Assembly (NCBI GenBank): GCA_020633625.1
Contig: JACKDJ010000024.1
Coordinates: 2,660 to 66,659, forward strand
DNA: 64,000 nucleotides
Origin: Myxococcales bacterium
Lineage (GTDB): Bacteria; Myxococcota_A; Bradymonadia; REDH01
Direction: 5' to 3'
In this document: positions 1 to 9,489 of the stretch, in pieces
Position numbering within the stretch: the stretch's first letter is position 1
How the letters are laid out: each line of letters opens with the position of its first letter
Program-made: the position numbers and the translations under genes
The notes under the pieces: generated by a model
What the model saw: the letters and a program-made list of their open reading frames with translations, nothing else
Database searches by the model: none
What the model was told of the DNA's origin: nothing

Positions 1-170
1 TGACACGCGGCGCGCAGCGCGACTGCGTCTCCTTCGCGTACCTCGAGCAGCTGCAGCTCCAGCGGCGTCGCCCCGTGCTCTTCGAGCGCGCTCGCGAGGC
101 GTCGCGACGGGTCGCTCGCCCGGGTGACCAGGACCCGCAGCCCATCGAGCCGTCGCTGGACCGAGCTCAC
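1..170 (-). CDS. hemD: uroporphyrinogen-III synthase (HemD), 5' part only; the gene runs off the left edge of the window
   Basis: Truncated, so not in the ORF track. Manual minus-strand translation from GTG at 170-168 gives VSSVQRRLDGLRVLVTRASDPSRRLASALEEHGATPLELQLLEV. The L-x-G-x-x-V-L-V-T-R opening is typical of HemD. GTGA overlap with the hemC stop (167-169); hemA-hemC-hemD order. Confidence 0.6.
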   Translation of the reverse strand, partial: MSSVQRRLDGLRVLVTRASDPSRRLASALEEHGATPLELQLLEVREGDAVALRAAC

Positions 171-1075
171 CCTGCGAGCGCGCGCAGGGCGGCGCCGACC
201 TCCGCGCCGACGCGCGCGGCGCCGGCGAGGTCGGCGTCGGGTGGGACGACGCGCGCGAGGTCGTGCGCACGCCCCGAGTCGTCGAACAGGCGCGCGATCA
301 GCGTGAGCCCGCCTCCGACTGTGTCAGCAAGGGCGCCGAAGGGTGTGTGGCAGTCGCCGCCGACCGCGCGAAGGCAAGCTCGCTCGATAGCGGCGGCGCG
401 GCGCGCGGTCGCCACGTCGAGCGCAGCCGCGAGCGGCGCGACGCGGGCGTCGCCGATGCGCGCCTCGAGCGCGAGGATCCCCTGAGCCGGCGCGGGGATC
501 ACGTCGGGTGGTTGAAGCGCCAAGAAGCCCCGCTCCCACCGGCCGAGCCGGCGCAGTCCGGCCTCGGCGAGGACTACGGCGTCGAGGCCGTCAGCGCCGT
601 CGCGGCGCGCCAGGCGCGTCGGGACGTTGCCTCGGATCGGCACGATCTCGAGGTCGGGCCGCGCCGCAAGGAGCTGGGCACCGCGCCGCTCGGAGCCCGT
701 GCCCACGCGTGCGCCGCGCCGCAAGTCGGCGAGCGAGCCGAGCGGCTCGCGGCCGCAGAGCGCGTCGAACGGGGACTCCCTGCCGGGGTAGGAACAGAGC
801 TCGAGCCCGGGGGGGAGCTCGGCGGGCACGTCCTTGAGGCTGTGGACGGCCAGATCGACGCCGCCGTCGAGCAGCGCCTCCTCGATCTCCTTCACGAACA
901 GCCCCTTGCCGCCCACCTCGGCGAGCGGCCGGTCGGTGATGCGATCGCCGGTGGTCTTGATGATGACGAGCTCGACCTCGAGCCCGGGGGCTGCCTCGCG
1001 CAGTCGGGCGGCGACGTGGTTCGCCTGCCACAGGGCGAGCTCGGAGCCTCGAGTGCCAATCCGGATCGGGTCCAC
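167..1075 (-). CDS. hemC: hydroxymethylbilane synthase (porphobilinogen deaminase)
   Basis: The C-terminal 302 aa of ORF 167..1843 carry IRIGTRGSELALWQA, GGKGLFVKEIE, HSLKD and the cofactor Cys in GGDCHTPFGA. GTG start at 1075. The rest of the 558-aa ORF is an Arg-rich extension overlapping hemA in another frame. Confidence 0.9.
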   Translation of the reverse strand: MDPIRIGTRGSELALWQANHVAARLREAAPGLEVELVIIKTTGDRITDRPLAEVGGKGLFVKEIEEALLDGGVDLAVHSLKDVPAELPPGLELCSYPGRESPFDALCGREPLGSLADLRRGARVGTGSERRGAQLLAARPDLEIVPIRGNVPTRLARRDGADGLDAVVLAEAGLRRLGRWERGFLALQPPDVIPAPAQGILALEARIGDARVAPLAAALDVATARRAAAIERACLRAVGGDCHTPFGALADTVGGGLTLIARLFDDSGRAHDLARVVPPDADLAGAARVGAEVGAALRALAG

Positions 1076-1080
1076 CTGCG

Positions 1081-2385
1081 CTACTCCGTGGCCTCGACGG
1101 GCCCGTCGCCCGGCGCGCTGCCGGGGGTGTCGTTGAGGTCGAAGAGACTGCGCACGGCGGTGACCATCGCGCCGTGGTGTCCGGTCTGAGCCGAGTTGCG
1201 GAGCGAGAGGGTCGGCTCGTGCAGGATCTTGTTCACGAGCGCGCGCGCCATCCGCTCGGCCGCCTCGTGGGCCTCGGGCGGCAGGCCCGGGTTCTCTCGC
1301 ACGAGCCGGGCGACCTCGGCGTCTTTCAGCGCGTTCAGCTTGTGCCGCAGGCTCACGATGGTCGGGACGACCTCGCCCTGCGCGAGCCAGCCCTGGAGCT
1401 GCTCGCACTCCTCGTGGATGATCGCCTCGGCACGGTTCGCCTCGGCGCGGCGCGCCTTCAGGTTCTCGTCGACGACCTTCTCGAGATCGTCGACGTCGAA
1501 CAGGTAGACGTTCGGGAGAGAATCGCAGCGAGGGTCGATGTCTCGCGGCACGGCGATGTCGATCAGGAACAGCGGCCGATACCGACGCCGCACCGTCGCC
1601 GCGCGCACCGCCTCGAACCGCACGATCATGTGCTGCGAGCCGGTCGACGAGATCACGATGTCGGCCTCGTCGAGCAGCGCATCGAGCTCGTCGAGGCCGT
1701 GGCCGGTACCACCGAACGCGACGGCGGCGTCGATCGCGCGGTCGCGATTCCGGTTCGCCACGAGGACGCGCGTGGCTCCCGCCGCGGTCAGGTGCCGCAG
1801 CGCGAGGGTCCCCATCTTCCCGGCGCCGATGACGAGCACGCACTTGCCGGTCAGCGAGCCGAACACCTTCTTGGCGAGCTCGACGGCGGCATACGACACC
1901 GAGACCGCGCTCTCGGCGATCCGCGTCTCGGTGCGCACGCGCTTCGCGGCGTGGAACGCCTGGTGGAACGTCCGGTGGAGGATCGGCCCGGCGCCCCCCG
2001 CGCGCTGCGACGCCGCGAAGGCGTCCTTTACCTGGCCGAGGATCTGCGGCTCGCCGAGGACGAGCGAGTCGAGGGAGCTCGAGACGCGGAGCAGGTGTCG
2101 AACGGCGTCGTGGCCGACCGCCTGGTAGGTGAAGCGGTCGAGCCAGTCTCGATCGACGCCGGCTTGTGCTGCGATCAGCGCTCGCGCCGCCGGGAGCGTC
2201 TCGGCGTCGGGCCCGACGAGGTAGAGCTCGACGCGGTTGCAGGTGGAGAGCAGCGCGGCCTCTTCGACGCCGCCTCCGTCGAGGGCGGCGACGACGGCGG
2301 CAGCGTCGAGCGCGGCGAGCCGCTCTCGTTCCTCGACGGGCGCCGAGCGGTGGCTCGCGCCGATCATCGCGACGGCGCGGCTCAT
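1081..2385 (-). CDS. hemA: glutamyl-tRNA reductase
   Basis: MSRAVAMIGASHRSAPVEERE, STCNRVELY (catalytic Cys) and VIGAGKMG Rossmann motif. The ATG at 2385 forms an ATGA overlap with the upstream gene's stop. The first 42 codons of the ORF-track entry were rejected as an extension. Confidence 0.9.
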   Translation of the reverse strand: MSRAVAMIGASHRSAPVEERERLAALDAAAVVAALDGGGVEEAALLSTCNRVELYLVGPDAETLPAARALIAAQAGVDRDWLDRFTYQAVGHDAVRHLLRVSSSLDSLVLGEPQILGQVKDAFAASQRAGGAGPILHRTFHQAFHAAKRVRTETRIAESAVSVSYAAVELAKKVFGSLTGKCVLVIGAGKMGTLALRHLTAAGATRVLVANRNRDRAIDAAVAFGGTGHGLDELDALLDEADIVISSTGSQHMIVRFEAVRAATVRRRYRPLFLIDIAVPRDIDPRCDSLPNVYLFDVDDLEKVVDENLKARRAEANRAEAIIHEECEQLQGWLAQGEVVPTIVSLRHKLNALKDAEVARLVRENPGLPPEAHEAAERMARALVNKILHEPTLSLRNSAQTGHHGAMVTAVRSLFDLNDTPGSAPGDGPVEATE

Positions 2386-3167
2386 GGCCCGACGTACCCG
2401 GCGAGAACGGAGAAGGCGACGGCGCAGCCGGCGATGGTCATCCAGGCCGCGCGCCGTCCGCGCCAGCCCATCGTGATCCGGGTGTGGATGACGGCCGCGA
2501 ACGTCGCCCACGCGACGACGGCGAGCACGGCGCGCAGGGGCGACCGACCGTCGTCGGCGCGGCTGAGCCAGACGAAGCCGAGCGCGAGCGCGGTCGTGTA
2601 GGCGACGAAGCCCCAGACGACGAGGCGAAAGCTGGCGGCGTCGAGCTCCTCGAGGCTCGGGAGGCGCTGGAACAGGCGCCCGAACTGCCGGGCGCGGAGC
2701 TGTCGCTCCTGCACCAGGAGCAGAATCGATGTGATCGCTGCCAGCGCGAACGCGCCGACCCCGCTGAGCACGAGGCCGACGTGCGTGTAGAGCAGCGTCT
2801 GGGTGTGGTCGCGCGGCCCGCTCACGCTGGACGGCGCCAGCAGGAACAGCGCGAGCAGGACTGCGCCGAGCACGCCGACGAGGGCGTTGACGCCGCGCAT
2901 CGAGGCGCGGCGCCCGAGCGCGAGCGCGCCGACCGAGACGAACGCGGCGAGGGTGAGCGCGGCGGCGCCGGCGCCGAAGAGGGTGCTCGGCCCTTCGACG
3001 ACCGCGACGGCCAGCGCGGCGCCGAGCGTCAGCGCGGCGGCGAGGCCGGAGAGCGCGCGCGCGACGCGGAGCGTGCGGCGCCCGTCACCGACGAGGTCGG
3101 CGGTCGCGACGGCCGCGACGGCCGACCACGCGACAACCCCGCAGACGGCGACTGGCGTCGCGAGCAT
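2382..3167 (-). CDS. cytochrome c assembly (CcsA/HemX-like) integral membrane protein
   Basis: 261 aa, polytopic and very hydrophobic. The C-terminal half (FRLVVWGFVAYTTALALGFVWL ... AWATFAAVIHTRITMGWRGRRAAW) resembles the CcsA/ResC family. Its position just upstream of hemA matches hemX in Bacillus hemAXCDBL. Confidence 0.65.
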   Translation of the reverse strand: MLATPVAVCGVVAWSAVAAVATADLVGDGRRTLRVARALSGLAAALTLGAALAVAVVEGPSTLFGAGAAALTLAAFVSVGALALGRRASMRGVNALVGVLGAVLLALFLLAPSSVSGPRDHTQTLLYTHVGLVLSGVGAFALAAITSILLLVQERQLRARQFGRLFQRLPSLEELDAASFRLVVWGFVAYTTALALGFVWLSRADDGRSPLRAVLAVVAWATFAAVIHTRITMGWRGRRAAWMTIAGCAVAFSVLAGYVGP

Positions 3168-3185
3168 CGGAGCGCTCGCGGGGTG

Positions 3186-3593
3186 TTAGGCGGACGCGGT
3201 GCGTCGGCGCGGACCCGCGATCTCCTTGAGCCGCGGATCGACGACGGTGTTCGTCTCGTCGACGAGGACGACGGTCGGCTCCCAGCCGGCCACGTCGCAC
3301 TCCTCGACGTTGGTGAACGTCGCGATGATGACGCGGTCGCCCTTCTTCATCAGGTGGGCGGCGGCGCCGTTCACGCAGCAGACCTTGCTGCCGCGGTCGC
3401 CCTTCAGCGCGTAGGTCTCGAGGCGTGTGCCGCGGGTGACGTTCCAGATGTGGACGGCCTCGTATTCCACGATGTTCGCCGCCTCCATGAGGTCGACGTC
3501 GAGCGTGACGGAGCCTTCGTACTCGAGGTCGGCGTCTGTGACCGAGGCACGATGGATCTTGGACTTGAACATCCGGCGCATGGGCTGCTCCAT
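3186..3593 (-). CDS. panD: aspartate 1-decarboxylase
   Basis: [28 protein letters not shown] contains the self-processing G-S site, followed by a CCVNGAAAH core. Start at ATG 3593 (MEQPMRRM) or 3581. The upstream 85 codons of the ORF-track entry were rejected. Confidence 0.9.
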   Translation of the reverse strand: MEQPMRRMFKSKIHRASVTDADLEYEGSVTLDVDLMEAANIVEYEAVHIWNVTRGTRLETYALKGDRGSKVCCVNGAAAHLMKKGDRVIIATFTNVEECDVAGWEPTVVLVDETNTVVDPRLKEIAGPRRRTASA

Positions 3594-3798
3594 GGCTGGT
3601 CCCTGAACTTCAGGGAGGTTGGCATCCTCAGTGGCGTTCGCTTGCGCGATACACCCAGAGTGACCGGAACCTAGGCGCGACGGGCGACACCCGCTCGTCG
3701 ATGCCGCGTCACCTAACAGTCGTGCGCCCCACACGCAAGCCCTCGCTGGTCGCGCCGCGGGGCATGTGGTAGCGTGTCGCCCTCCCGGTGAGACGAGA

Positions 3799-6186
3799 AT
3801 GCCGCCCCGCCGCCCGAAGCCGAAGCCCCAGCGGATCGATCCGCGCACGACGCTCGACGCGTCCTCGCTCTCGGTCTTCGAGACTGCCGGCGTGCGCGAA
3901 GACGTCGTTCTGGTCGACCGCTACGAGCTCGGCGCCGAGATGGGGTCCGGGGCGCACGGACAGGTCTACCTGGCCCGCGATCTGCTGACCGGGCGCGACG
4001 TCGCCGTGAAGATGCTGCGCCCGCGCAGCTCCCCTTCGCTGCTGGTCGGCGAGGTCGCACTCCTGCGGACGCTCGACATCCCCGGCGTCGTCCACTTCAT
4101 CGACGATGGCGAACACAACGGGCTGCCGTTCCTCGTCACCGAGCTGTGTGACGGCGCCCCGTTCCCGGGGGACGGCTGCGACGACTGGTACGAGCTCGAG
4201 GAGCGGGCGATCGCGCTGCTCGAGACGCTCGACCGGCTGCACGCCGCCGGCCTCGTTCACCGCGACATCAAGCCGCACAACGTGCTCGTGACCGGCACGG
4301 GGCAGCCGATCGTCCTCGACTTCGGTGTCGCGCTCGATCTCGGCGCAGCGCGAACGGGACCGGCGTATGCCGGTACCCCGATCTACATGACGCCGGAGCT
4401 GCTCGAAGGCGGCGAGGAGCCGTCGGCGGCCACCGACCTCTACGCGTTCGGCGTCATGCTCGCCGAGTCGATCACCGGGGCGCTGCCGTTCGCGGCGAGC
4501 TCGCTACACGAGCTTTTGGAGCAGAAGCGGGCGCCACGCGAGCTCCAGCCCCGGTTTCCGGTCCCCCCACGGGTGCTCGCGCTGGTCCGCGAGCTCATGG
4601 GTCCAGAAGCATCGGCGCGGCCGGCGACGGCGCGGTCGGTGCTGGGGCGGCTGGTCGGCGCGCCGTCCGGAGCGATCGCCCTCTCGCAGTCGGCCGACAC
4701 GGCGCCGGCGTCATCGCCCAAGGAGCTGGAGCACCTGTTCCACGGGCCCGAGCTGCTCCTCCACCTCCCGTCAGACGCGGCGCAGGCGCTGTTCGACCGG
4801 ACCAACGGTGAGCCGCGAGCGGTGCGCGCCGAGATCGACGCGTGGGTGCGCGCCGGCCTCTGCCGGTGGGTCGACGACCGGATCGAGATCGGCCGCCCCG
4901 CGGTCGACCGCCTCATGTTCGGCCTGCGCGTGACGCCCGACGGGCTGCGGAGCGCAGCGCAGCAGCCACTGGAGCCCGCGCTCGTCGAGGATCGCACCCG
5001 TCGCGCGACGGCGGCGCGGCTCGAGGGGCGCCTGCGCGAGGCTGCGTGGCTGGTCGACGGCGCCCGCGCCGTGGCGCGCGTGCTCGACGACGACGCGCTC
5101 GCGCTCCTCGTCCACCGCGAGACTGTCCTCGTCGCGATCGAGCAGCTCTCGCTGCAGGCCGTCGACCTGGCGCTCTACCAGCTGCGAGACGCGCCGGGCG
5201 CAGAGGGGGCGAGGCTGATCAGCCTCCTCCGCGCCGCGCGCTCCGTGCGCGACGAGGACTACGGCAAGCGCGCCCTCGACGTGCTCGACGCCCTGCCACC
5301 GTTCGACGGAGACCTCGAGCTCGAGCGCGCGCGACGCGCGCTGAGAGTGAGCGCGGCCAAGCTCGAGGGCCCAGACGCGTACGCCGAAGAAGCGGAGGCG
5401 ACGCTCGCCTGGGCAGAGGGGACGGGAGAGCCGGCGCTCGTCGGCGCAGTCAAGAGCTGGATCGGGCACGTCCACTACCAGCGCGGCGATTACGAGCGGT
5501 GCGCGGAGCTGAACGAGGAGGCGGCGCTGACCGCGGACCGCGAGACGACGCGCGTGGCGGCGTTGCTGAACGCGGCGGCGGCGCGGCTCGAGCTCGAACA
5601 GTTCGCGAGAGTCGTGGGGCTCGCCCACCGCGCGGCGGAGCACGCCGCGCGGCTTCGGCATCCGTATCTTGAACTCCGCGCGCGGCGGCTGGCGCGCAAC
5701 GCGCAGTATCGTTCGGAGGAGCCGCTCGATCTCGACTCCGACTTGCTGCAGGCCGTCGTCGCGGTGGACGCCGTCGAAGAGGTGGCCGCGGTGCTGTTGA
5801 ACGAGGCGGCCGTCGCGTGGCGACGCGGACAGCGCCGCGAAGCGAGGTCCCTCGCGTTGGAAAGCGCGGACGCCTGTCGGCGCTCCGCGCGGCTCGCCGG
5901 AGTGGAGGCGCTTGCGTCAGCGCTGGCAACCGCTGCCGGCGCTGTCATGAGCGGTGAAGAGATCGCGCGCGTCTGCGCGGCAATCCCCGCCCACATGTTG
6001 GGTGTATCGCAGCAGGTTCTGGCACTGTTTCGGATGGCCGGACACGACGTTCCAGTGCCGCTTGCCGGCGGTCGTCCCCTGTTCGCGGGCCTGTTGCTCA
6101 CCCCGGCCGAGCTTCTCGCCGTAGCCACCGCCCCCGCCGGGGCCGTCGACCCCGTAACGTCAGCCACCGCACGAGCGGGCGCGTAG
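3799..6186 (+). CDS. Hanks-type Ser/Thr protein kinase with long alpha-helical C-terminal region
   Basis: GSGAHGQVY...[28 protein letters not shown]. About 500 aa of Ala/Leu/Arg-rich helical repeats follow the kinase domain. Start is uncertain (GTG 3766 or ATG 3799). Confidence 0.8.
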   Translation: MPPRRPKPKPQRIDPRTTLDASSLSVFETAGVREDVVLVDRYELGAEMGSGAHGQVYLARDLLTGRDVAVKMLRPRSSPSLLVGEVALLRTLDIPGVVHFIDDGEHNGLPFLVTELCDGAPFPGDGCDDWYELEERAIALLETLDRLHAAGLVHRDIKPHNVLVTGTGQPIVLDFGVALDLGAARTGPAYAGTPIYMTPELLEGGEEPSAATDLYAFGVMLAESITGALPFAASSLHELLEQKRAPRELQPRFPVPPRVLALVRELMGPEASARPATARSVLGRLVGAPSGAIALSQSADTAPASSPKELEHLFHGPELLLHLPSDAAQALFDRTNGEPRAVRAEIDAWVRAGLCRWVDDRIEIGRPAVDRLMFGLRVTPDGLRSAAQQPLEPALVEDRTRRATAARLEGRLREAAWLVDGARAVARVLDDDALALLVHRETVLVAIEQLSLQAVDLALYQLRDAPGAEGARLISLLRAARSVRDEDYGKRALDVLDALPPFDGDLELERARRALRVSAAKLEGPDAYAEEAEATLAWAEGTGEPALVGAVKSWIGHVHYQRGDYERCAELNEEAALTADRETTRVAALLNAAAARLELEQFARVVGLAHRAAEHAARLRHPYLELRARRLARNAQYRSEEPLDLDSDLLQAVVAVDAVEEVAAVLLNEAAVAWRRGQRREARSLALESADACRRSARLAGVEALASALATAAGAVMSGEEIARVCAAIPAHMLGVSQQVLALFRMAGHDVPVPLAGGRPLFAGLLLTPAELLAVATAPAGAVDPVTSATARAGA

Positions 6187-6262
6187 TGCGGGACAGCCGG
6201 AGGCGGCACACGCCATGACAGATGACAGATGACACTAGACACACTGGCGCACCGGGCGCACG

Positions 6263-6727
6263 GTGGGTTTGGGGATGGTCCCCGCGAGAACAACCATGGT
6301 GCTTGAGATGGGTGATGCAGGGTCATTGTATGTGGGAACCGACGGTGGAACTGTCGTCTTCAGGATCGACGATTACGACGGAAACCACATCGGGTTCGCG
6401 TTCAAGTGGTGGCAGGAGGACGGGTTTCACGCCCTGTACGCCTCGCTCAAGCCCGCCGGGTTCGACCCGCTCGGGAAGGGGACGAAGGAGTCGGAGTGGC
6501 TGAAGAAGCATGTCGTGGGGGAGTTGACGACCGCAACCGGCTCGGCGGAGTTCATGCAGACCTACCCGAAGTCGGTGACCGAGGCTTCCGACGCCGCAAA
6601 GGCGTGGCTCGCCGCGAAGCCGCGACGGCTGGACTGGGCGACGGGCGAAACCAACGATGTGGTGATCGCTTCCACGCCGATGACGCACGTCGTCTTGAAG
6701 GCGACGGTCGTGGTCTGGCCGAAGTAG
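6263..6727 (+). CDS. hypothetical small protein (no recognisable family)
   Basis: 144-154 aa with balanced, non-shadow composition (K, E, W, F, Y, T present). Visibly lower GC and atypical codons versus neighbours. Followed by a perfect 13-bp hairpin. Start is ambiguous (6263, 6296 or 6308). Confidence 0.5.
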   Translation: MGLGMVPARTTMVLEMGDAGSLYVGTDGGTVVFRIDDYDGNHIGFAFKWWQEDGFHALYASLKPAGFDPLGKGTKESEWLKKHVVGELTTATGSAEFMQTYPKSVTEASDAAKAWLAAKPRRLDWATGETNDVVIASTPMTHVVLKATVVVWPK

Positions 6728-6735
6728 CCCCGTCC

Positions 6736-6765
6736 GCGCGGGGCGGGCTTTCGCCCGCCCCGCGC
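6736..6765 (+). terminator. GC-rich hairpin 9 nt after the stop of the 6263..6727 gene
   Basis: GCGCGGGGCGGGC-TTTC-GCCCGCCCCGCGC is a perfect 13-bp stem with a 4-nt loop. There is no U-tract, which is common in high-GC genomes. Confidence 0.5.
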
Positions 6766-6827
6766 CCGCGTCTCGACTTCTGACGCGCGATCGTGTTGAA
6801 CGGCCGAGCCCGTAGCCGCCCGAGCGC

Positions 6828-7715
6828 TTGGATTCGCCGACCTCAACTGCGCGTGAACTCGCACCGATCGTCATCCCGTTCGTATTCGCGGCGGTGACCT
6901 TCGTTGCGCTCGCGGCACTCCACCGCGGCCCCGACGACCTCGACAGCGCTGTCGAGGTCGTCGAGTCGCTTCGTGAGCCCGGCGACCTCGTGCTGCTCTA
7001 CCCCGCAGCGCGCTCGCTCGACCTCTCGCGGCTGCCTCCGGACCTCCCGGCCGCCGCTACCTCGTCCGTGCCCGACGAGCTAGACCGCTTCGAGCGAGTC
7101 ATCGTCGTACGCGACCGCGACGACGAGCCCGTCGCGTTCAACCGAACGCTTCGGTCGCGGGCCGCGCTCCTCGGCGCCACAGAGGCCGGCGCGCTGCTGG
7201 TCGAGCTCTACCAGATCGACGCCCCCGTCGACGTCGTCGACGACCTCGACGGCCTGCTCGACTCTGCGCAGGTTGATGTGGTCTCGGGCGACGACGTGGT
7301 TCCCTGCCCGCGCTCTGGCGACCGGTTCGAGTGCGGAGACGCCGACTGGACGTGGGTCGGACGCACTACGCAGGTGTTCGCCGGCGAACCGTACGCCTGC
7401 GTCTGGTCCCACCCGATCGACGGCGCGGACCTGCGCATCACCTTCCCGCGCGTCGAGGGCGATCACGTCTCGGGCTGGTTCGGCCTGACCGACTACGCGG
7501 TGAGCATCCCCGACGGCAGCCCCGTGCGGTTCGACGTCCGGGCGGGAACGGCCAGCGGACGGTTCCGCGCACACCGCGGCGTAGGCAGACGCCCCGTCGA
7601 CGTCGCCCTGCCCCGCAACTACGCCGGGCCGCTGACCATCACCATCGCGGCACAGCGCGCCGGCGTGCGCCACCTGTGCTGGAGCCTGCAGACGACCCGT
7701 TCGCGCGGCACATGA
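6828..7715 (+). CDS. hypothetical N-terminally membrane-anchored protein, coupled to the downstream GT-C-like gene
   Basis: TTG start. One TM helix (LAPIVIPFVFAAVTFVALAAL), then a roughly 260-aa Asp/Val-rich domain with conserved-looking Cys (CPRSGDRFECGD, YACVWSHP). Its stop overlaps the next start (ATGA at 7712-7715). Confidence 0.55.
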   Translation: MDSPTSTARELAPIVIPFVFAAVTFVALAALHRGPDDLDSAVEVVESLREPGDLVLLYPAARSLDLSRLPPDLPAAATSSVPDELDRFERVIVVRDRDDEPVAFNRTLRSRAALLGATEAGALLVELYQIDAPVDVVDDLDGLLDSAQVDVVSGDDVVPCPRSGDRFECGDADWTWVGRTTQVFAGEPYACVWSHPIDGADLRITFPRVEGDHVSGWFGLTDYAVSIPDGSPVRFDVRAGTASGRFRAHRGVGRRPVDVALPRNYAGPLTITIAAQRAGVRHLCWSLQTTRSRGT

Positions 7716-9484
7716 GCTGGCGGCCCACGACCCCGCCCGCCGGCGGATGGCTCGCCATCCTCGTCTGCGTCACGATCGCCTACCTCGGCGTCGCGCCGTA
7801 CTACGACCGCCTCAACAACCCGAACGAGAACGTCCGCGTCTACATGACGCGCTCCATCGTCGAGGATCACACGTTCGCGATCGACGACGTAATCGACGAG
7901 TGGGGCTACGTCAACGACAAGGCGACGCACGACGGGCACATGTACCCGGGCAAGGCCCCCGGCGTGTCGTACCTGGGCGTCCCGGCGTACTTCGCCTACT
8001 ATCACTTGTCGCAGCTCGCCGGACGCGACATCCGGCGTCAGGAGGCGGTTATGGTCTGTCGTCTCGGCGGTGCCATCCTCCCCACGCTGCTGCTCCTACT
8101 GGCGGTCGCCGCCTTCTTCGAGACGGTCCCAGGCACCCCCGCGACGCGACGACTCGGCTTCGTCGCCATCGCGCTCGGGTCGACCGTCACTAGCTACGGC
8201 GGTCTGTTCGCGAGCCACAGCACGATGGCGCTCAGCCTGTTCTGCGGCTTCGCGGCCGTGCGTCTCCACGAGCGCTCACCGCGGTCGTACTGGCCGCCGT
8301 TCGCGATCGGGACGGCGCTCGGCTGGGCCATCGCGCTGGAGTACCCGGCGCTCCTCGGCGCGCTCGCGGTCGGCGGCTACGCGCTGTGGCGCAGCCGGTC
8401 GCGCGACCGCCTGATCATCGGTGTCATCCTCGGCGGACTCATCCCCGGTGCGCTCGTGGTGCTCTACCACACCGCCGCCTTTGGAGGCCCGCTCGAGACA
8501 CCGTACTCGCACCTCGAGAACCCCGAGTTCGTGCGGCACATGTCGGGCTTCTTCGGCATGGAGCGAGTGCGCATGGCCGCGCTGAACGGCAGCTTCTTCG
8601 CCGCGTCGAATGGCCTCTTCTGGTTCGCGCCGTGGACCATCCTCCCGGCGGTCGGGCTCGTGCTGGGCACGCAGTTCCGCCGACTGCGCGAGCCCGCCGC
8701 GCTGACCGCCGCCATCCTCGTCGCCTACACGCTGTTCATCGCGACGCTGCACAACTGGCGCGGCGGCTGGACGGCGGGCCCACGCTACATCGTCGGCGTG
8801 ATCCCATTCCTCGGATGGTACCTGTCGCTGCTGCTGAACGAGCTCCGGCGGTCGACGCTCGGCGTCGTAGTCCGCGCCGTGGCCCTCGCCCTGGTGGCGG
8901 TGGGCATGTTCAACTGCGGCCTCGCCGCGGCGACGTTCCCGCACTACCCCGAGCAGATCGAGAACCCGGTCTTCGAGGTGAGTCTATACTTCCTCGCGCG
9001 CGGCTACGTCCCGTACTCACCCCTCGGCGAGCTCGGCGTACCCGGCCTTTGGGCGCTGTTGCCTGTGCTCGCCGCCTACGTCGGCGCCCTGGCCGCCCTC
9101 GTGATGTCTGTAGACGACGTGAGGAGCACGGACCGCGCCCCGCTCGCCGCCGCGGCCGCCGCGCTAGCGGCGCTCTTCATCCAAGCGCAGTCGCTCCCCG
9201 AGACGACGAGCACGTCGCTCCTGTCGGCGTCACGCCAAGTGGTCGCGACGGTCTGGGAGCCCCTGCCCCCGCTCGCAGACGCCCTCGCCCGAGGGCCACG
9301 CCTCCCCCTCGACGTGACCCGCGGCACGGCGACGCCAGAGCTTCTGACCGAAGTCGGACGGGCCACAGCCGCCCGTGGCATGGACGACGCCGCAATCGCG
9401 CTGTTCGAGCGAGCGAACCGAGCGCAGCCCGAAGACGCACCCCCCTCCGAGCAGCCAGCCCCTACCGACGGGAGTCGGGAGTAG
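7712..9484 (+). CDS. polytopic membrane protein, putative GT-C (ArnT/PMT_2-like) glycosyltransferase
   Basis: 590 aa with at least 10 predicted TM helices. The first loop is acidic (IVEDHTFAIDDVIDEW) and is followed by YPGKAPGVSYLGVP, resembling the ArnT/PMT family. The first 127 codons of ORF 7331..9484 were rejected as an Arg-rich off-frame overlap. Confidence 0.6.
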   Translation: MSWRPTTPPAGGWLAILVCVTIAYLGVAPYYDRLNNPNENVRVYMTRSIVEDHTFAIDDVIDEWGYVNDKATHDGHMYPGKAPGVSYLGVPAYFAYYHLSQLAGRDIRRQEAVMVCRLGGAILPTLLLLLAVAAFFETVPGTPATRRLGFVAIALGSTVTSYGGLFASHSTMALSLFCGFAAVRLHERSPRSYWPPFAIGTALGWAIALEYPALLGALAVGGYALWRSRSRDRLIIGVILGGLIPGALVVLYHTAAFGGPLETPYSHLENPEFVRHMSGFFGMERVRMAALNGSFFAASNGLFWFAPWTILPAVGLVLGTQFRRLREPAALTAAILVAYTLFIATLHNWRGGWTAGPRYIVGVIPFLGWYLSLLLNELRRSTLGVVVRAVALALVAVGMFNCGLAAATFPHYPEQIENPVFEVSLYFLARGYVPYSPLGELGVPGLWALLPVLAAYVGALAALVMSVDDVRSTDRAPLAAAAAALAALFIQAQSLPETTSTSLLSASRQVVATVWEPLPPLADALARGPRLPLDVTRGTATPELLTEVGRATAARGMDDAAIALFERANRAQPEDAPPSEQPAPTDGSRE

Positions 9485-9489
9485 CGGCG

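Noticed and set aside
167-1843. Reading the 558-aa ORF as a single HemC with a 256-aa N-terminal extension. Similar long extensions occur on ORFs 3186..3848, 22661..23824, 38453..40966, 42383..44962, 48481..50250 and 56259..58967.
   Set aside because: The extensions overlap the neighbouring real gene, are Arg/Pro-rich, and start upstream of a start codon that restores canonical protein N-termini and ATGA/GTGA coupling.
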